Below are positions 14,701 through 28,969 of a stretch of 64,000 bases of DNA, piece after piece; position 1 is the stretch's first letter; the number at the start of each line of letters is the position of its first letter. The translations under genes and the position numbers were made by a program. The DNA lies in assembly GCA_012295275.1 (NCBI GenBank), contig CM022672.1, positions 23,684,001 to 23,748,000 on the forward strand, given 5' to 3'. A model generated the notes under the pieces. The model was not told where the DNA came from. It worked only from the letters and a program-made list of their open reading frames with translations, and did not search any database. The stretch is from Chrysomallon squamiferum (lineage: Eukaryota; Animalia; Mollusca).

Positions 14701-16793
14701 CAATAAAATAAAAATATTACACATATTGGTGACAACTTATGTAGAACATCAAAGTTTTAAATTTTTATTGTATCATAGGATCTCAAATACTAAAATTAAT
14801 TTTGTCACCGAATCAGACAGATCAATAATTACTCATTTACAGTAAAATAAGAAAAGAAGAAACAAATAGAAAAAATGTGCAAAAACAAACCCCCTAAATA
14901 AAAAAGCAATAATATATTTTTACATTTAACCACAGTTGCAATACTATTTTTCTTAACTTTCAGTTAGATCAGAATTCATTACTAAAACCAAAATGTAAAT
15001 ATATCAAAAATATTCACTAAAAGGGATAACATTTTACCTTTTCAAATTGTGAAATTAAATTTTGTTTCGTTTTTTCATTTTTCTCAGATGAATTTGATGT
15101 AATCTTCAAAATTCCTACATTTTCTTCATCATGATCAGTGTCTTGGCTTGATAGAAGTCCTGAAAATATTTTAAACAAGGGTAAATGGAAATTCATTATA
15201 AAATAAATAATAATTGTAATTATTGCATAACTGAGTTTAAAGAAAAAATATATTTGAAATATTAATTTATTTCTGAATGTAAATCATTTGTTAGGAAAAT
15301 GAATTATTTGTGATATCAATCTCAAACTAAAACTTACCAGTATAGGTCAGAACTTTTGAAAATAGTGATTGGCTGTTTCCATGCAGTATTTTTGCAAAGT
15401 TCTCATAGTCCTTTTTATTGTGTACTGGTAGTGTGATGAGACATATATTCTTCTTAATCTCACTATCATTCAGACATTCCACCAAAGCCCTACATACCAC
15501 TTCAGCATTCCTTGCTAACAGGCCTGAAAATTGTTTGATCTTTTCATTAAATACAAATTCCACAAAATTAATAATTAAAAAAAAAGAGACAAAACAATTT
15601 CAACATATATAATCTTTCTATTAATTTCAGTTAATTGAGAAAGAAAGTAAATTTTTCTCTTAATTTTTTCTATCCTATTCCATTTTATTTGGTCAGAATA
15701 TCTTTTAACTTTACAAAAGAATGTCTGCAATTCTTAAGAGAACACTGCAATAAATGTAGAGAACACAACCATAGAAGCAACGGTAATTAATAAACTCAGT
15801 GCTTAATTAAAGTCCTTTTCACTAAATAAATTAAGTTTTGAAATAGAATAATTTTAATATAGTTTTTCAGTCAAAGATATATCAATTTACCATGTGCAGT
15901 AATAGGCATTTGCAATGTCTGTAAATACTGAGATGCTGCAATCTTCAAACTATTATTTATGGCTTCTTTTAGATTATTAGCAATATTCTGTTTTATCAAA
16001 CAGTGAATCAACATCCTTGAAGCTGGCAAAGAGTGTGCTCTAGTTTTTACAAATCCATCAGTTTTAAGAGCTGAAACTTTAATAAAGAAGGATTAATTAA
16101 TTATTTACCTAGTAACAGAGAAAGTAAGATATATATAGTGGTACCTTGACTTACAAGTTTATTTCATTCCATGACAGATTGTGTAACTCAATTTGTCATA
16201 TATCAAATCAGTTTTCCCAAATGAAATTAATTGAAATACCATTAATCCCTTCCAGTCCCACCCAAAAACCACCCCAATTTTTTGTAACTTGTTTTTGAAT
16301 ATGAAAAATGTATTTATAAATGGCAAAAACTGTATAAAAACAAAACAAAACAGAAAGTAAAGAAATAAACTGGTTTTGTGAAGTATATTTATCTCGGAGA
16401 TCATACAACCTGGCCTAACTGAAAATGCAAATTAAAAAAAAAAATTTGGCAAAATATTGCATAAAATGCAAGCACAACACAACAAAGATGCTTCCACAGT
16501 GAGGTAACCACATGAAGTAAATGAGTGAAATGCAGGATACTAGCAGCTGCATATCTGAAGTTTGCTCAGTAACTCAAACTTTGGCTTGTTATGAGCAGTT
16601 GTCTTGCAACTATATATATATACATACATACATACTGTGGTACCTTGACTTAAGAGTGCACCAACTCCAATTTTTTGTTTAGAGTTGCAAGCCAACTGCT
16701 CATAACTCAGAGAACTTGTAAGCTGGTGCACTCCTAAGTCAACGTACCACAGCATGTATGTATGTATATATATATAGTTGCATACATACATAC

Positions 16794-16858
<65 letters not shown>

Positions 16859-19800
16859 TACAGTATTACTGTTTATATCAATACCATTATTTTGTCTAAA
16901 TAATATTTCAGTTAAGTGTAACAATTAATGCACCAAAAAAACTGATGTTCCATTTAATTTCATGTCTAGTGGTTAAAACCAGCATTAATTTCATTTATGT
17001 ATTTACTTCCATGGTCATGTTTAATGTTTTCAGAGCTTGGAATCATGATCATATCAAGTACATAAAAGTGACTATTTCTCGATATCATTTGATTTTTACC
17101 AGAACTGTTCTACACTAAAAAGGTTAACTAACAACTAATGCACAACTTGTTTCAAAGAAAACACTAATTGATAAATATAAAAAAAAAAATCATTTCAGTT
17201 ATAGAAAGAAGCACATATAATGAAATTTCATTTACTATTTAAAATAGGTAATCTCATTAGGAAGGATAGGGGCAGAAGTCCTGAGGATGAATCTTTTGTA
17301 TTAATCCCTCATAACATTAAATTAATTCACTAGTCAACAAATATTTTGAGAAGTTTGAATGAATGAAAATAATATTTCTGATTTGGCATGCTTAGTTTGA
17401 GACTGAATTCATACAATGAAATTTCATGTAATCCCATTAGGAACAATAAGGGCACAAGTAATGGAAGAACTTTTTTTCTAATATTACCTTATAACATTAA
17501 ATCAATTTACTAGACAGCAAATATTTTTTTAGTTTGGTTATAAATGAAGATTTTGGTAGCTGAATTATTTTCTAATAAATAAAACATATTGGTATTTTAA
17601 AGTTTTCTACTTACTGGATTCACTCAGTTTTATTGCTTTAATATCTTCATGTCTCATTAATGGATGTTCAGTTGTTTCTGGAAATTTGAAAGTTACAAAC
17701 ACTTAGATACAATCAGATATTTGCTATATGCTGAATCGTTCACAATACACATGAGAAGATAAAAGCAATTTTTCTATCCTTTCAGAAAATCCTCTTTAAA
17801 AACATTTTTCTAATTAAAAATTATTTTACTTTTTAAACAACTTATTATTTTATTTATATGAATTATTTTTTTGTGACTAAAAAATAATATTATATTAATT
17901 ATTAATGTGCTAGCCAACTCATTAAGAAAAAAAAAAAAGGATAATTAAAACAAGATAAAGGTGTAAGTATTGAGACGTTTTACCTGAATTCATTTACATT
18001 TCTGCAGTATTTAAAATATAAAGTTTAATGAACTTCACCTGATAAATCCTCGCTTTCCCAGAAACAAAGAATAGCTTCAGATTTTCCTGCACATTGAGAG
18101 ATATTTCCTAGAATGAGCTGAATATCAATACCATTGAAAGTGAAGATTCTTCCTGAAATGTTTAATTAAACATATAGAGTATCCAAATAGATAAAACACT
18201 GAGTAATGTAAAGATTTTCTTTTTGATAAACCTTTAATTTGTGTTTGTATTAAAAAAAAAATCATTAAAACATTAGTAGAAATCTTCAAGTCAAATAAAA
18301 AGGGACTTTTGATTCGTCCTTAGATAGACCTTACAAATGTCCTGTTACTTATACTCACAGGATCAAATATCTAGAACATAAATATGACCTGAAACCCTGT
18401 CAACAACTGAGTTTAGATACTGTATCACATGACTTTTGAAATAAATTAATAAAAATTAAAACATTTATATGTAAATAAAACAAGATCAACAATGATGTCC
18501 AGTGTTTGTAAACATATAATTTCATAAACATCTCATTTTCTTTCAGTAACATCAATAATAAATTTAATTCAGACTGAGTCTTCAATATAGATAACATAAA
18601 TATTTCATAGCTTCATCCATAAAACAATATATAGCCTATATTTAAACATAACTGCTGAATATTTAGAAAACACATTACTTAATAATGAATATAAAATGAA
18701 ATTTCTAAGACAGTTTGGTTATTATAAATCCTATATCATGTAATGCACACACTATCAAGCATGGGTCAAGCTGACTGTCAGACAAAGACATCCTACACAA
18801 GAGACTGCTCTGATTAGCACACTGAATTTTCATTCATTCACTTATTAATGTTTAATAAAACAAAACAAACAAAATCTAAATTTATAATGCTGCTAATAAT
18901 TCAGGAACTAACTGAAATTAAAAATTGTTACCTTTTTCTGCCCCATAACTTTTCTGCATGTACTTTGAGAGAAATATCTGAAACAGAAGATATTTAAATG
19001 TTTGCTAAACAATACCATTTTCTGTTTGTAGTATGTATCCATACAAATTTGATTTAGTAATCCATTGTTTTTCTAAAATATGTTAGTAATTACTTAATTA
19101 CCTTTTTGAATTTTGCTTTAGCAAATCATCTTTTTTATTTCTTTTTCAATGCTATTTTTTTCAGAAAATAATTATTGTTATGATTTGTTTTGTTTTGTTT
19201 TCTTTCTTTTTTTTTTTAGTTTTTTTTTTTAGTTTTTTTCTGGGAAACTGAAATCAAATATCAAAGTAAAAAGTGTAAAAATCTTGAAAACTTATATTTT
19301 CATTTTGATATATTGAAAGGAATATTGCAGTACCAGAAAACCTTGACTGGAAATGAAATAATAATAATAACTGTCAAAGGCTAAGACATACCTTTTTAAT
19401 TGTATTGTTAGAAGGACCATCATATATAACAATGCCCACTTTCTCAATGGTGGAATCTTTCTTTTCTGTGAAATGTTTTTCCACAGCATTCAACATAGTT
19501 GTAACAACAATCTCTGGAGGATAGTTTAAGTTTCCAGTACCAAGAGTAGGAAATGCAATTGTCTTGTAATGACATTTTTCACACAATGTCAGACATTCCA
19601 GAATGAAGTTAGTCATTAGGTGTGTCTATAGAAAATAAAGGCAACAGATAAATAAGGATGTTTTATTAATAAATTAATGCATCAGATCAGTTCCATTATG
19701 TTAATTATCATGTATGATATTTGATAATAAAGACAGAGTCATATTAAGATGTATCAAAATATGGATAAAAGAGTTGCATGCTTACTCATCACCACAAATG

Positions 19801-20926
19801 TTTCAGTTTATTTTTAAAGATATATTCTAGATGCTGTTTTATTCCATTATTTCAACATCATCATGTCTTAAGATGTATAACCACAAATTACAGTAATTCT
19901 GATTAATTTTAATGTTACAAGCAGCATGAAAAGTTTATTGTGCTATTGGGAATGTATATAATTTAGAGGCATGTATGACAGATAATCTAGAACAAACAAT
20001 TAGATGCTGTTTGAAGGAACTCCCTCAGCAGAGTTATTAAATTATTTTTGTCATCAATCTTTAGTTGATGTTTGTATGTATATGTATTCATTTATCTCAA
20101 TTTGCAGCATATTGTATGTTATAATTGCTGGTACTGTATTGTCATTCTCACAGTCTGGTAGGTAAATCAAGTAACTTTGCCACCAGAGAGAATTACACAG
20201 TAACATGGAAGTACAGATAGACTGGTCATATTAGAAGGGATTTAGCCTACTTTTATTTTTAACTATAAATATTTTAAACCTCGATTTCAGATTTAAATAG
20301 TGTGAAAAGTCTTGGTTTACATTAAAATGCACTGAATGAAGAATCTTAACATTGACAAAAATACTGTCACTAGACATTTGAATGTTTGAAGTGAACATTT
20401 AAAATGATTTATAAAGAAACAAAGATAAACAAATAAAGATAACTTTACAATATATATATTTTTTTGAATTCCTGAAATGCAAGAATTATAATGTGATGTT
20501 ATTATTTTGTGACAAAATGTTAATTACCTTTTTATCATACACTGGCAGAGCTCCATGAAATATTGCCTTAACTCCTGATAATCTTCCAGGTCCCTGTGAT
20601 TGCTACTTTCCCTTCTTCAATCCCCAAATAATAGTATTTTTTATACATTCTGTTTGAATCTGATCTCCTGCTGATTCAAGTAATGATTTTGAAATCATCC
20701 CTTTATTAAGATCTAAATCTGTGTTTGTGGAATTCACCAGAACATCCACCTAAAAAGAAACATATATTTTTCTACATTTATGAAAAAAGATTCCATTAAA
20801 GAATTAGATTTCATCTAATATTACAGATATTAATCCATAAAATAATAATAATAATAATAACAATAACAATAAACTGAAAAAAAAACTAATAACAAAACAA
20901 TAACTAACTAACTAAAACTAACAAAA

Positions 20927-20958
<32 letters not shown>

Positions 20959-23900
20959 ATGAACAATGGAAATTTAACAATTTGCTTCAGTACCATACTT
21001 TATGCATGCACTGATATTAAAGGGCTGGTCCAAATAAAGACATATTTATTTGTTTTCCAAAAATATGTATTTACATGTAACTGGAATGGGAAATTACTTT
21101 AAAATCCATTTTTGAATTATATTTCAATATAGATTTTTTAATGTTACTGGGATAAAAAGCAGGATAAATTTATGTGTGAAGTTCTATGTGACTGACCTGT
21201 GATTGAATGTTGAGAACTCATGACATCACTATTATTTTCAATAACATCAGTACTGTTTTAAAGAAATTTTTGGACTAAATGATATAAGAGACAATACGAG
21301 AAAATACACAGTCAGTTATTAATTAGTTATTCTCTGGGTTTCTAGGGACACATGGTTGTGATAATGAAAATGTAAAATAAATTATAGAGGAAAATATCAT
21401 TTTGGTAATGTCAAAATTATTGAAACTGCCATCTTTATCCATCTTGGAAAAATGTAAGAATGAAATATTATTTCAATAGTAATTAGATATATTATATTTT
21501 CAGCATATCATTTGGATAGCCATTTTAAATATTAGCTGTTTATTGTAGAGAAATTCAGTTCATGTTTTGTACTCCTCTTTTCTATCACAAACATGGTTGA
21601 GAATTATCACTGATTTAAAAGTAAATCTAATTCTGAATAATATAAATGAACAAATGTATGACATTATAAATGACAGACTGAGGAGGTAGAGTTTAGAAAA
21701 TAAAGAAGCTGATGTCATAAGAAAAAGTGNNNNNNNNNNNNNNNNNNNNNNNNNNNNNNNNNNNNNNNNNNNNNNNNNNNNNNNNNNNNNNNNNNNNNNN
21801 NNNNNNNNNNNNNNNNNNNNNNNNNNNNNNNNNNNNNNNNNNNNNNNNNNNNNNNNNNNNNNNNNNNNNNNNNNNNNNNNNNNNNNNNNNNNNNNNNNNN
21901 NNNNNNNNNNNNNNNNNNNNNNNNNNNNNCAGTTAAATGTTATATAATATATCAATTTACCATGTGCAGTAATAGGCATTTGCAATGTCTGTAAATCTTG
22001 AGATGCTGCAATCTTTAAGCTCTTGTTTATGGCTTCTTTTAGACCATTAACAATATTCTGTTTTATCAAACAGTGAATCAACATCCTTGAAGCTGGCAAA
22101 GAGTGTGCTCTAGTTTTTACAAAGCTATCATTTTTAAGAGCTGAAACTTTAATAAAGAAGTATTAATTAATTATTTAGCTAATAACAGAGAAAGTAAGAT
22201 TACATACACACATATACACAGTGGTAACTTGACTTACAAGTTTATTTCATTTCATGATGGTGTGTGTAACTCAATTTGTCATATATCAAATCAGTTTTCC
22301 CAAATGAAATTAATTGAAATACCATTAATCCCTTCCAGTCCCACAAAAAAAAACACCCCAATTTTTTGTAACGTGTTTTTAAATATGAAAAATGCATTTA
22401 TAAATGGCAAAAACTGTATAAAAACAAAAGAAAACAGAAAGTAAAGAAATAAACTGATTTTGTGAAGTATATTTATCTCAGAGATCATACAACTTGGCCT
22501 AACTGAAAGTGCAAATTAAAAATATTTTTTTCTTTTTTCACAGTATTATTGTTTTTATCAATACCATTATCATGTCTAAATAATATTTCAGTTAAGTGTA
22601 ACAATTAATGCACCAAAAAAAACTGATGTTCCATTTAATTTCATGTCTAGTAGTTAAAACCAGCATTAATTTCATTTATGTATTTACTTCCATGGTCATG
22701 TTTAATGTTTTCAGAGCTTGGATTCATAATCATATCAAGTACATAAAAGTGACTATTTCTCGATATCATTTGATTTTTACCAGAACTGTTCTACACTCAA
22801 AAGGTTAACTAACAACTAACGCACAACTTGTTTTAAAGAAAACACTAATCGACAAATGTGGGAACAGTTCAGGTATTTAACTTGTAGTAAAACTGATGAC
22901 AAATATAGAAAAAAAATCATTTCAGTTATAGAAAAAAGCATATACAATCAAATTTCATTTACTATTTAAAATAGGTAATCTCTTTAGGAAGGATAGGGGC
23001 AGAAGTCCTGAGGATGAATCTTTTGTATTAGTCCCTCATAACATTAAATTAATTCACTAGTCAACAAATATTTTGAGAAGTTTGAATGAATGAAAATAAT
23101 ATTTCTGATTTGGCATGCTTAGTTTCAGACTGAATTCATACAATGAAATTTCATGTAATCTCATTAGGAACAATAAGGTCACAAGTAATGGAAGAACTTT
23201 TTTTATAATAGTCCTTATAACATTAAATCAATTTACTAGACAGCAACTATTTTTTCGTTTGGTTATAAATGAAGATTTTGGTAGCTGAATTATTTTCTAA
23301 TAAATAAAACATATTGATATTTTTAAGTTTTCTACTTACTGCATTCACTCAGTTTTATTGCTTTAATATCTTCATGTCTCATTAATGGATGTTTAGTTGG
23401 TTCTGGAAATTTGAAAGTTACAAACACTTAGATACAATCAGACATTTGCTATATGCTGAATCGTTCACAATACACATGAGAAGATAAAAACAATTTTTCT
23501 ATCCTTTCAGAAAATCCTCTTTAAACACATTTTTCTAATTAAAAATTATTTTACTTTTAAACAACTTATTATTTTATTTATATGAATTATTTTTTGTGAT
23601 AAAAAATAATATTATATTAATTATTAATGTGCTAGCCAACTCGTTAAAAAAAAAGGATAACTAAAACAAGATAAAGGTGTAAATATTGAGACCTTTTATC
23701 TGAATTCATTTACATTTCTGCAGTATTTAAAATATAAAGTTTAATGAATCTCACCTGATAAATCCTTGCATTGCCAGAAACAAAGAATAGATTCAGATTT
23801 TCCTGCACATTGAGAGATATTTCCTAGAATGAGCTGAATATCAATACCATTGAAAGTGAAGATTCTTCCTGAAATGTTTAATTAAACATATAGAGTATCC

Positions 23901-24903
23901 ACATAGTTAAAACACTGAGTAATGTAAAGATTTTCTTTTTGATAAACCTTTAATTTGTGTTTGTGTTAAAAAAATATATCATTAAAATATTAGTAGAAAT
24001 CTTTAAGTCAAATAAAAAGGTACTTTTGATTCCTCCTTAGATAGACCATACAAATGTCCTGTTACTTATACTGACAGGATCAAATATCTAGAACATAAAA
24101 AGACCTGAAACCCTGTCAACAACTGACTTTAGATGCTGTATCAAATGACATTTGAAAAAAACAATAATAATAATTTTTTTTTTATATGTAAATAAAACTA
24201 AATGTAAATATAATTTTATAAACATCTCATTTTCTTTCAGTAACATGAATTATAAATTTAATTTAGACTCATTCTTGACATATAGATTGGTGCATAACAT
24301 AAATATTTCATAGCTTCATCCATAAAACTATATATACCCTATATTTAAACATAACAGCTGAATACTTAGAAAACACATGACATAATAATGAATATAAAAT
24401 GAAATTTCTAAGACATTTTGGTTATTATTAATCCTATATCATGTAATGCACACACTATCAAGCATGGGTCAAGCTGACTGTCAGACAAAGACATCCTACT
24501 CAAGAGACTGCTCTGATTAGCACATTTAATTTTCATTCATTCACTTATTAATGTTTAATAAAACAAAACAAACAAAATCTAAATTTATAATGCTGCTAAT
24601 AATTCAGGAACTAACTGAAATTAAAAATTGTTACCTTTTTCTGCCCCATAGCTTTGCTGCATGTACTTTGAGAGAAATATCTGAAATGGAACATATTTAA
24701 ATGTTTGCTAAACAATACCATTTTCTGTTTGTAGTATGTATCCATACAAATTTGATTTATAAACCATTGTTTTTCTAAAATATGTTAGTAATTTCTTAAT
24801 TACTTTTTTGAATTTTGCCATAGCAAATCATCTTTTTTATTTCTTTTTCAATGCTATTTTTTTCAGAAAATAATTATTGTTATGATTTGTTTTGTTTTGT
24901 TTT

Positions 24904-24938
<35 letters not shown>

Positions 24939-27900
24939 TTTTTTTCTGGGAAACTGAAATCAAATATCAAGGTAAAAAGTGTAAAAATCTTGAAAATTTA
25001 AATCTTCATTTTGATATATTGAAAGGAATATTGCACGGAAACCTTTACTAGAAATGAAATAATAATAACTGTCAAAGGCTAAGGCATACCTTTTTAATTT
25101 TATTGTTAAAAGGATCATCATATATAACAATGCCAACTTTCTCAATGATGGAATCTTTTTTTTCTGTGAAATGTTTTTCCACAGCATTCAACATAGTTGT
25201 AACAACAATCTCTGGAGGATATTTTAAAATCCCAGTACCAAGAGTAGGAAATGCAATCGTCTTGTAATGATATTTTTCACACAATGTCAAACATTCCAGA
25301 ATGAAGTTAGTCATTTTGGTTGTCTATAGAAAATAAAGGCAAGAGTTAAATAAAGATGGTTGATTAATAAATTAATGCATCAGATCATTTCTATTATGTT
25401 AACTGTTGTTTAATGTATGATATTTGATAATAAATACATATTCATATTAAGATGTATTAACATATGGAAAAAGAGTTGCATGCTTACTCACCACAAATGT
25501 TTCAGTTTATTTTCAAAGATATATTCTAGATGCCGTTTTATTCCATTATTTCAACATGGTCATGTCTTAAGATGTATAACCACAAATTACAGTAATTCTG
25601 ATTAATTTTAATGTTACAAGCAGCATGAAAAGTTTACTGTATTATTGGGAATGTATTTAATTTAGAGGCATGTGTGACAGATAATCTAGAACAAACAATT
25701 AGATGCTGTTTGAAGGAACTCCCTCAGCAGTTATTTAATTATTTTTGTCATCAATCTTTAGTCAGTGTTTGTATGTATATGTATTCATTTATCTCAATTT
25801 GCAGCATATTGTATGTTATAACTGTTGGTACTGTATTGTCATTCTCACAGTCTGGTAGGTAAATCAAGTAACTTTGCCACCAGAGAGAATTACACAGTAA
25901 CATGGAAGTACAGATAGACTGGTCATATTAGAAGGGATTTAGCCTACTTTATTTTTAACTATAAATATTTTAAACCTCGATTTAAATAGTGTGAAAAGTC
26001 TTGGTTTACATTAAAATGCACTGAATGAAGAATCTTAACATTGACAAAAATACTGTCACTAGACATTTGAATGTTTGAAGTGAACATTTAAAATGATTTA
26101 TAAAGAAACAAAGATAAACAAATAAAGATAACTTTACAATATATATATTTTTTTGAATTCCTGAAATGCAAGAATTATAATCTGATGTTATTATTTTGGG
26201 ACAAAATGTTAATTACCTTTTTATCATATTCTGGCAGAGCTCCGTGAAATATTGCCTTAACTCCTGATAATCTTCCAGGTCCTGTGATTGCTACTTTCCC
26301 TTCTTGAATTCTTGAATTATATTTCTCTCTACATTCTTTTTGAATCTGATCTCCTGCTGATTCAAGTAATGATTTTGAAATCATCCCTTGATTAAGATAC
26401 AAATCTGTGTTTGTGGAATTCACCAGAACATCCACCTAAAAAGAAACATATATTTTTCTACATTTATGAAAAAAGATTCCATTAAAGAATTAGATTTCAT
26501 CTAATATTACAGATATTGATCCATAAAATAATAATAATAATAATAACAATAACAATAAACGAAAAAAGACTAATAACAAAACAATAACTAACTAACTAAA
26601 ACTAACTAACAAAATAAAAAAATAAAAAAATAAATAAATAAATAATATGAACAATGGAAATTGTAACAATTTGCTTCAGTACCATACTTTATGCATGCAC
26701 TGATATTAAAGGGCTGTTCCAAATAAAGACATATTTATGTGTTTTCCAAAAATATGTATTTACATGTAACTGGAATGGGAAATTAATTAAAAATCCATTT
26801 TTGAATTGAATTTCAATATAGATTTTTTAATGTTCCTGAGATAAAAAGCAGGATAAATTTATGTGTGAAGTTCTATGTGACTGACCTGTGATTGAATGTT
26901 GAGAACTCATGACATCACTATTATTTATAATAACATCTGTACTGTTTTAAGGAAAGTTTTGGGCTAAATGATATAAGAGACAATACGAGAAAATACAGAG
27001 TCAGTTATTAATTTGTTATTCCTTATGTTTCCAGGGACACATGGATGTGATAATGAAAATGTAGAATAAATTACAGAGGAAAACATCATTTTTGGTAATG
27101 TCAAAATTATTGTGAAACTGCCATCTTTATCCATAATTGAATTAAAAAAAAATAAAATAAAATAAATAATAATAATTAAAAATATAATTAAAAAAATAAA
27201 TAAGTAAGTAACATTTTGTGGTAGTGAAAAGCAAAAAGTCATCTGATGCTGTCTAGTGTTATTTGTGAGGTCTTTTCTATATCAGGTTTATTTTACCACA
27301 GAATGCAGAATCCTGTGCTTAATGCTGTTTTCTTTTTCTGGTGTTGAAAGCCCTAAATTTATCAATTTCTGGATTGGCATTTAATAGCTTTTGCAACAGC
27401 ACAACTATTCTGGTGTGTTACATAAATGGAGTTATCAGATTTTTGTAAAAAATAAAATCACTTTTCAGAAACAAGTTATATAAGCTAATGTAATTCAGTT
27501 TTGGTAATGGTGTGTATTGGCTATTGTACCTAACCTCTTCATATGCTGACAGAAGTGATTACAGATCTGCCTTATTTGAATATATCAACATTTGCACATA
27601 TGATTACTTTGAGTTTGATATATCAATAGACAGGATATATCTGATCATGCCTGTACTTTATTATGTGCCAACGTGTTCTCTCATCCTGGAAAAATTGCTG
27701 ACAGTAGTTTCATATTTTACGTTTGTGTATGAATATGAAATATTATTTCAGTAGTCATTAGAACTATTTTTAATTTCAGTATATCATTTGGACTGCCCTT
27801 TTAAATATTAGCTGTTTTTCTGATGTTAGAGAAACTGGGTTGGTCTTTTGTACTGCACTTAAATAATACAACACCTATCACAAACACAGTTAAGAATTAT

Positions 27901-28908
27901 CATTGACTTAAAAATAAATCTAATTATGAATAATATAAATGAACAAATGTATGACATTACAAATGACAGGCCGAGGAGGTGGAGTTTGGAAAATAAAGAA
28001 GTTGATGTCATAATAAAAAGTGTTACATTTGTAAGAAATTAAAACAGTATTTTTATTTTGTACCTTTTGCTTTGCAAGTTCTCCAAAATGAATGTCAATC
28101 TTTGAAATATATGTTGTAACAGCATCTATTAAAGAAAATAAAAATCTTTCAAAAATTATGTAAAGTGGCATGAATTAAGCAATAATGTTTAAAAATACAG
28201 TCATCTTGAAATCAAAATAATACCTGTAATAAATTTACTTTTAATGTAAACAAATAATATGTATAGAAAGTACTCTAATTTCATTTGATTTTCTGGATAT
28301 ATGTTCAGTTTATACACAGAAAGGCAGATTTATTGAAATAAAAAGACTTACCCTTTTCTTCTGATTTCTTTTTTCTAAGGAATTTATTCTTTGATGAAAA
28401 TGAACTACTTTTTTCTTGCAATGCAAATGTGTCATTTATCATATTTGTCATTTGTAAAGCTTTCTCTTTTCTTTGTGTGACCAAGAAAATTTTGGTGATA
28501 GAAACAGCTTTGTTGTGGCTGGAGACAAAATCCTTAATTCCCATCATAATAAGTTCTGCCAGTTGGCTTTCCAAAATATCTTCATATGACATATCAAACA
28601 ACACAACTGTAACCTTTTTATTTTTATTCAGCTGTGTCAAAAGTTCTCTTATACTTTCTTTGCCATTATCTATGGATTTCTTTGAAGAAAAAACATTGTG
28701 AAAAACTATATTGTTTGAATAATGTAAAACTTTTCCCATTTGTTTTAGACTTTTCTTGAATTGCTGAGAAAGATCATCTGAAAAATAGAATATACAAATA
28801 TATATTAATCAGATAATGTTTTTATATTTTCACATTTACTTTATTTATTAAATTTTAACCACAATTGCCTCTTTTTTATTACTGCTGCATAATCACACAC
28901 ACACAATC

Positions 28909-28969
<61 letters not shown>

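Larger units (their letters stand above)
15870..21729. repeat. Copy A of a ~6-kb direct duplication
   Basis: Exons and introns are colinear with 21940-28021, e.g. 15891-16070 = 21961-22140 and 20141-20480 = 25839-26170. Ends at the N gap. Confidence 0.95.
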
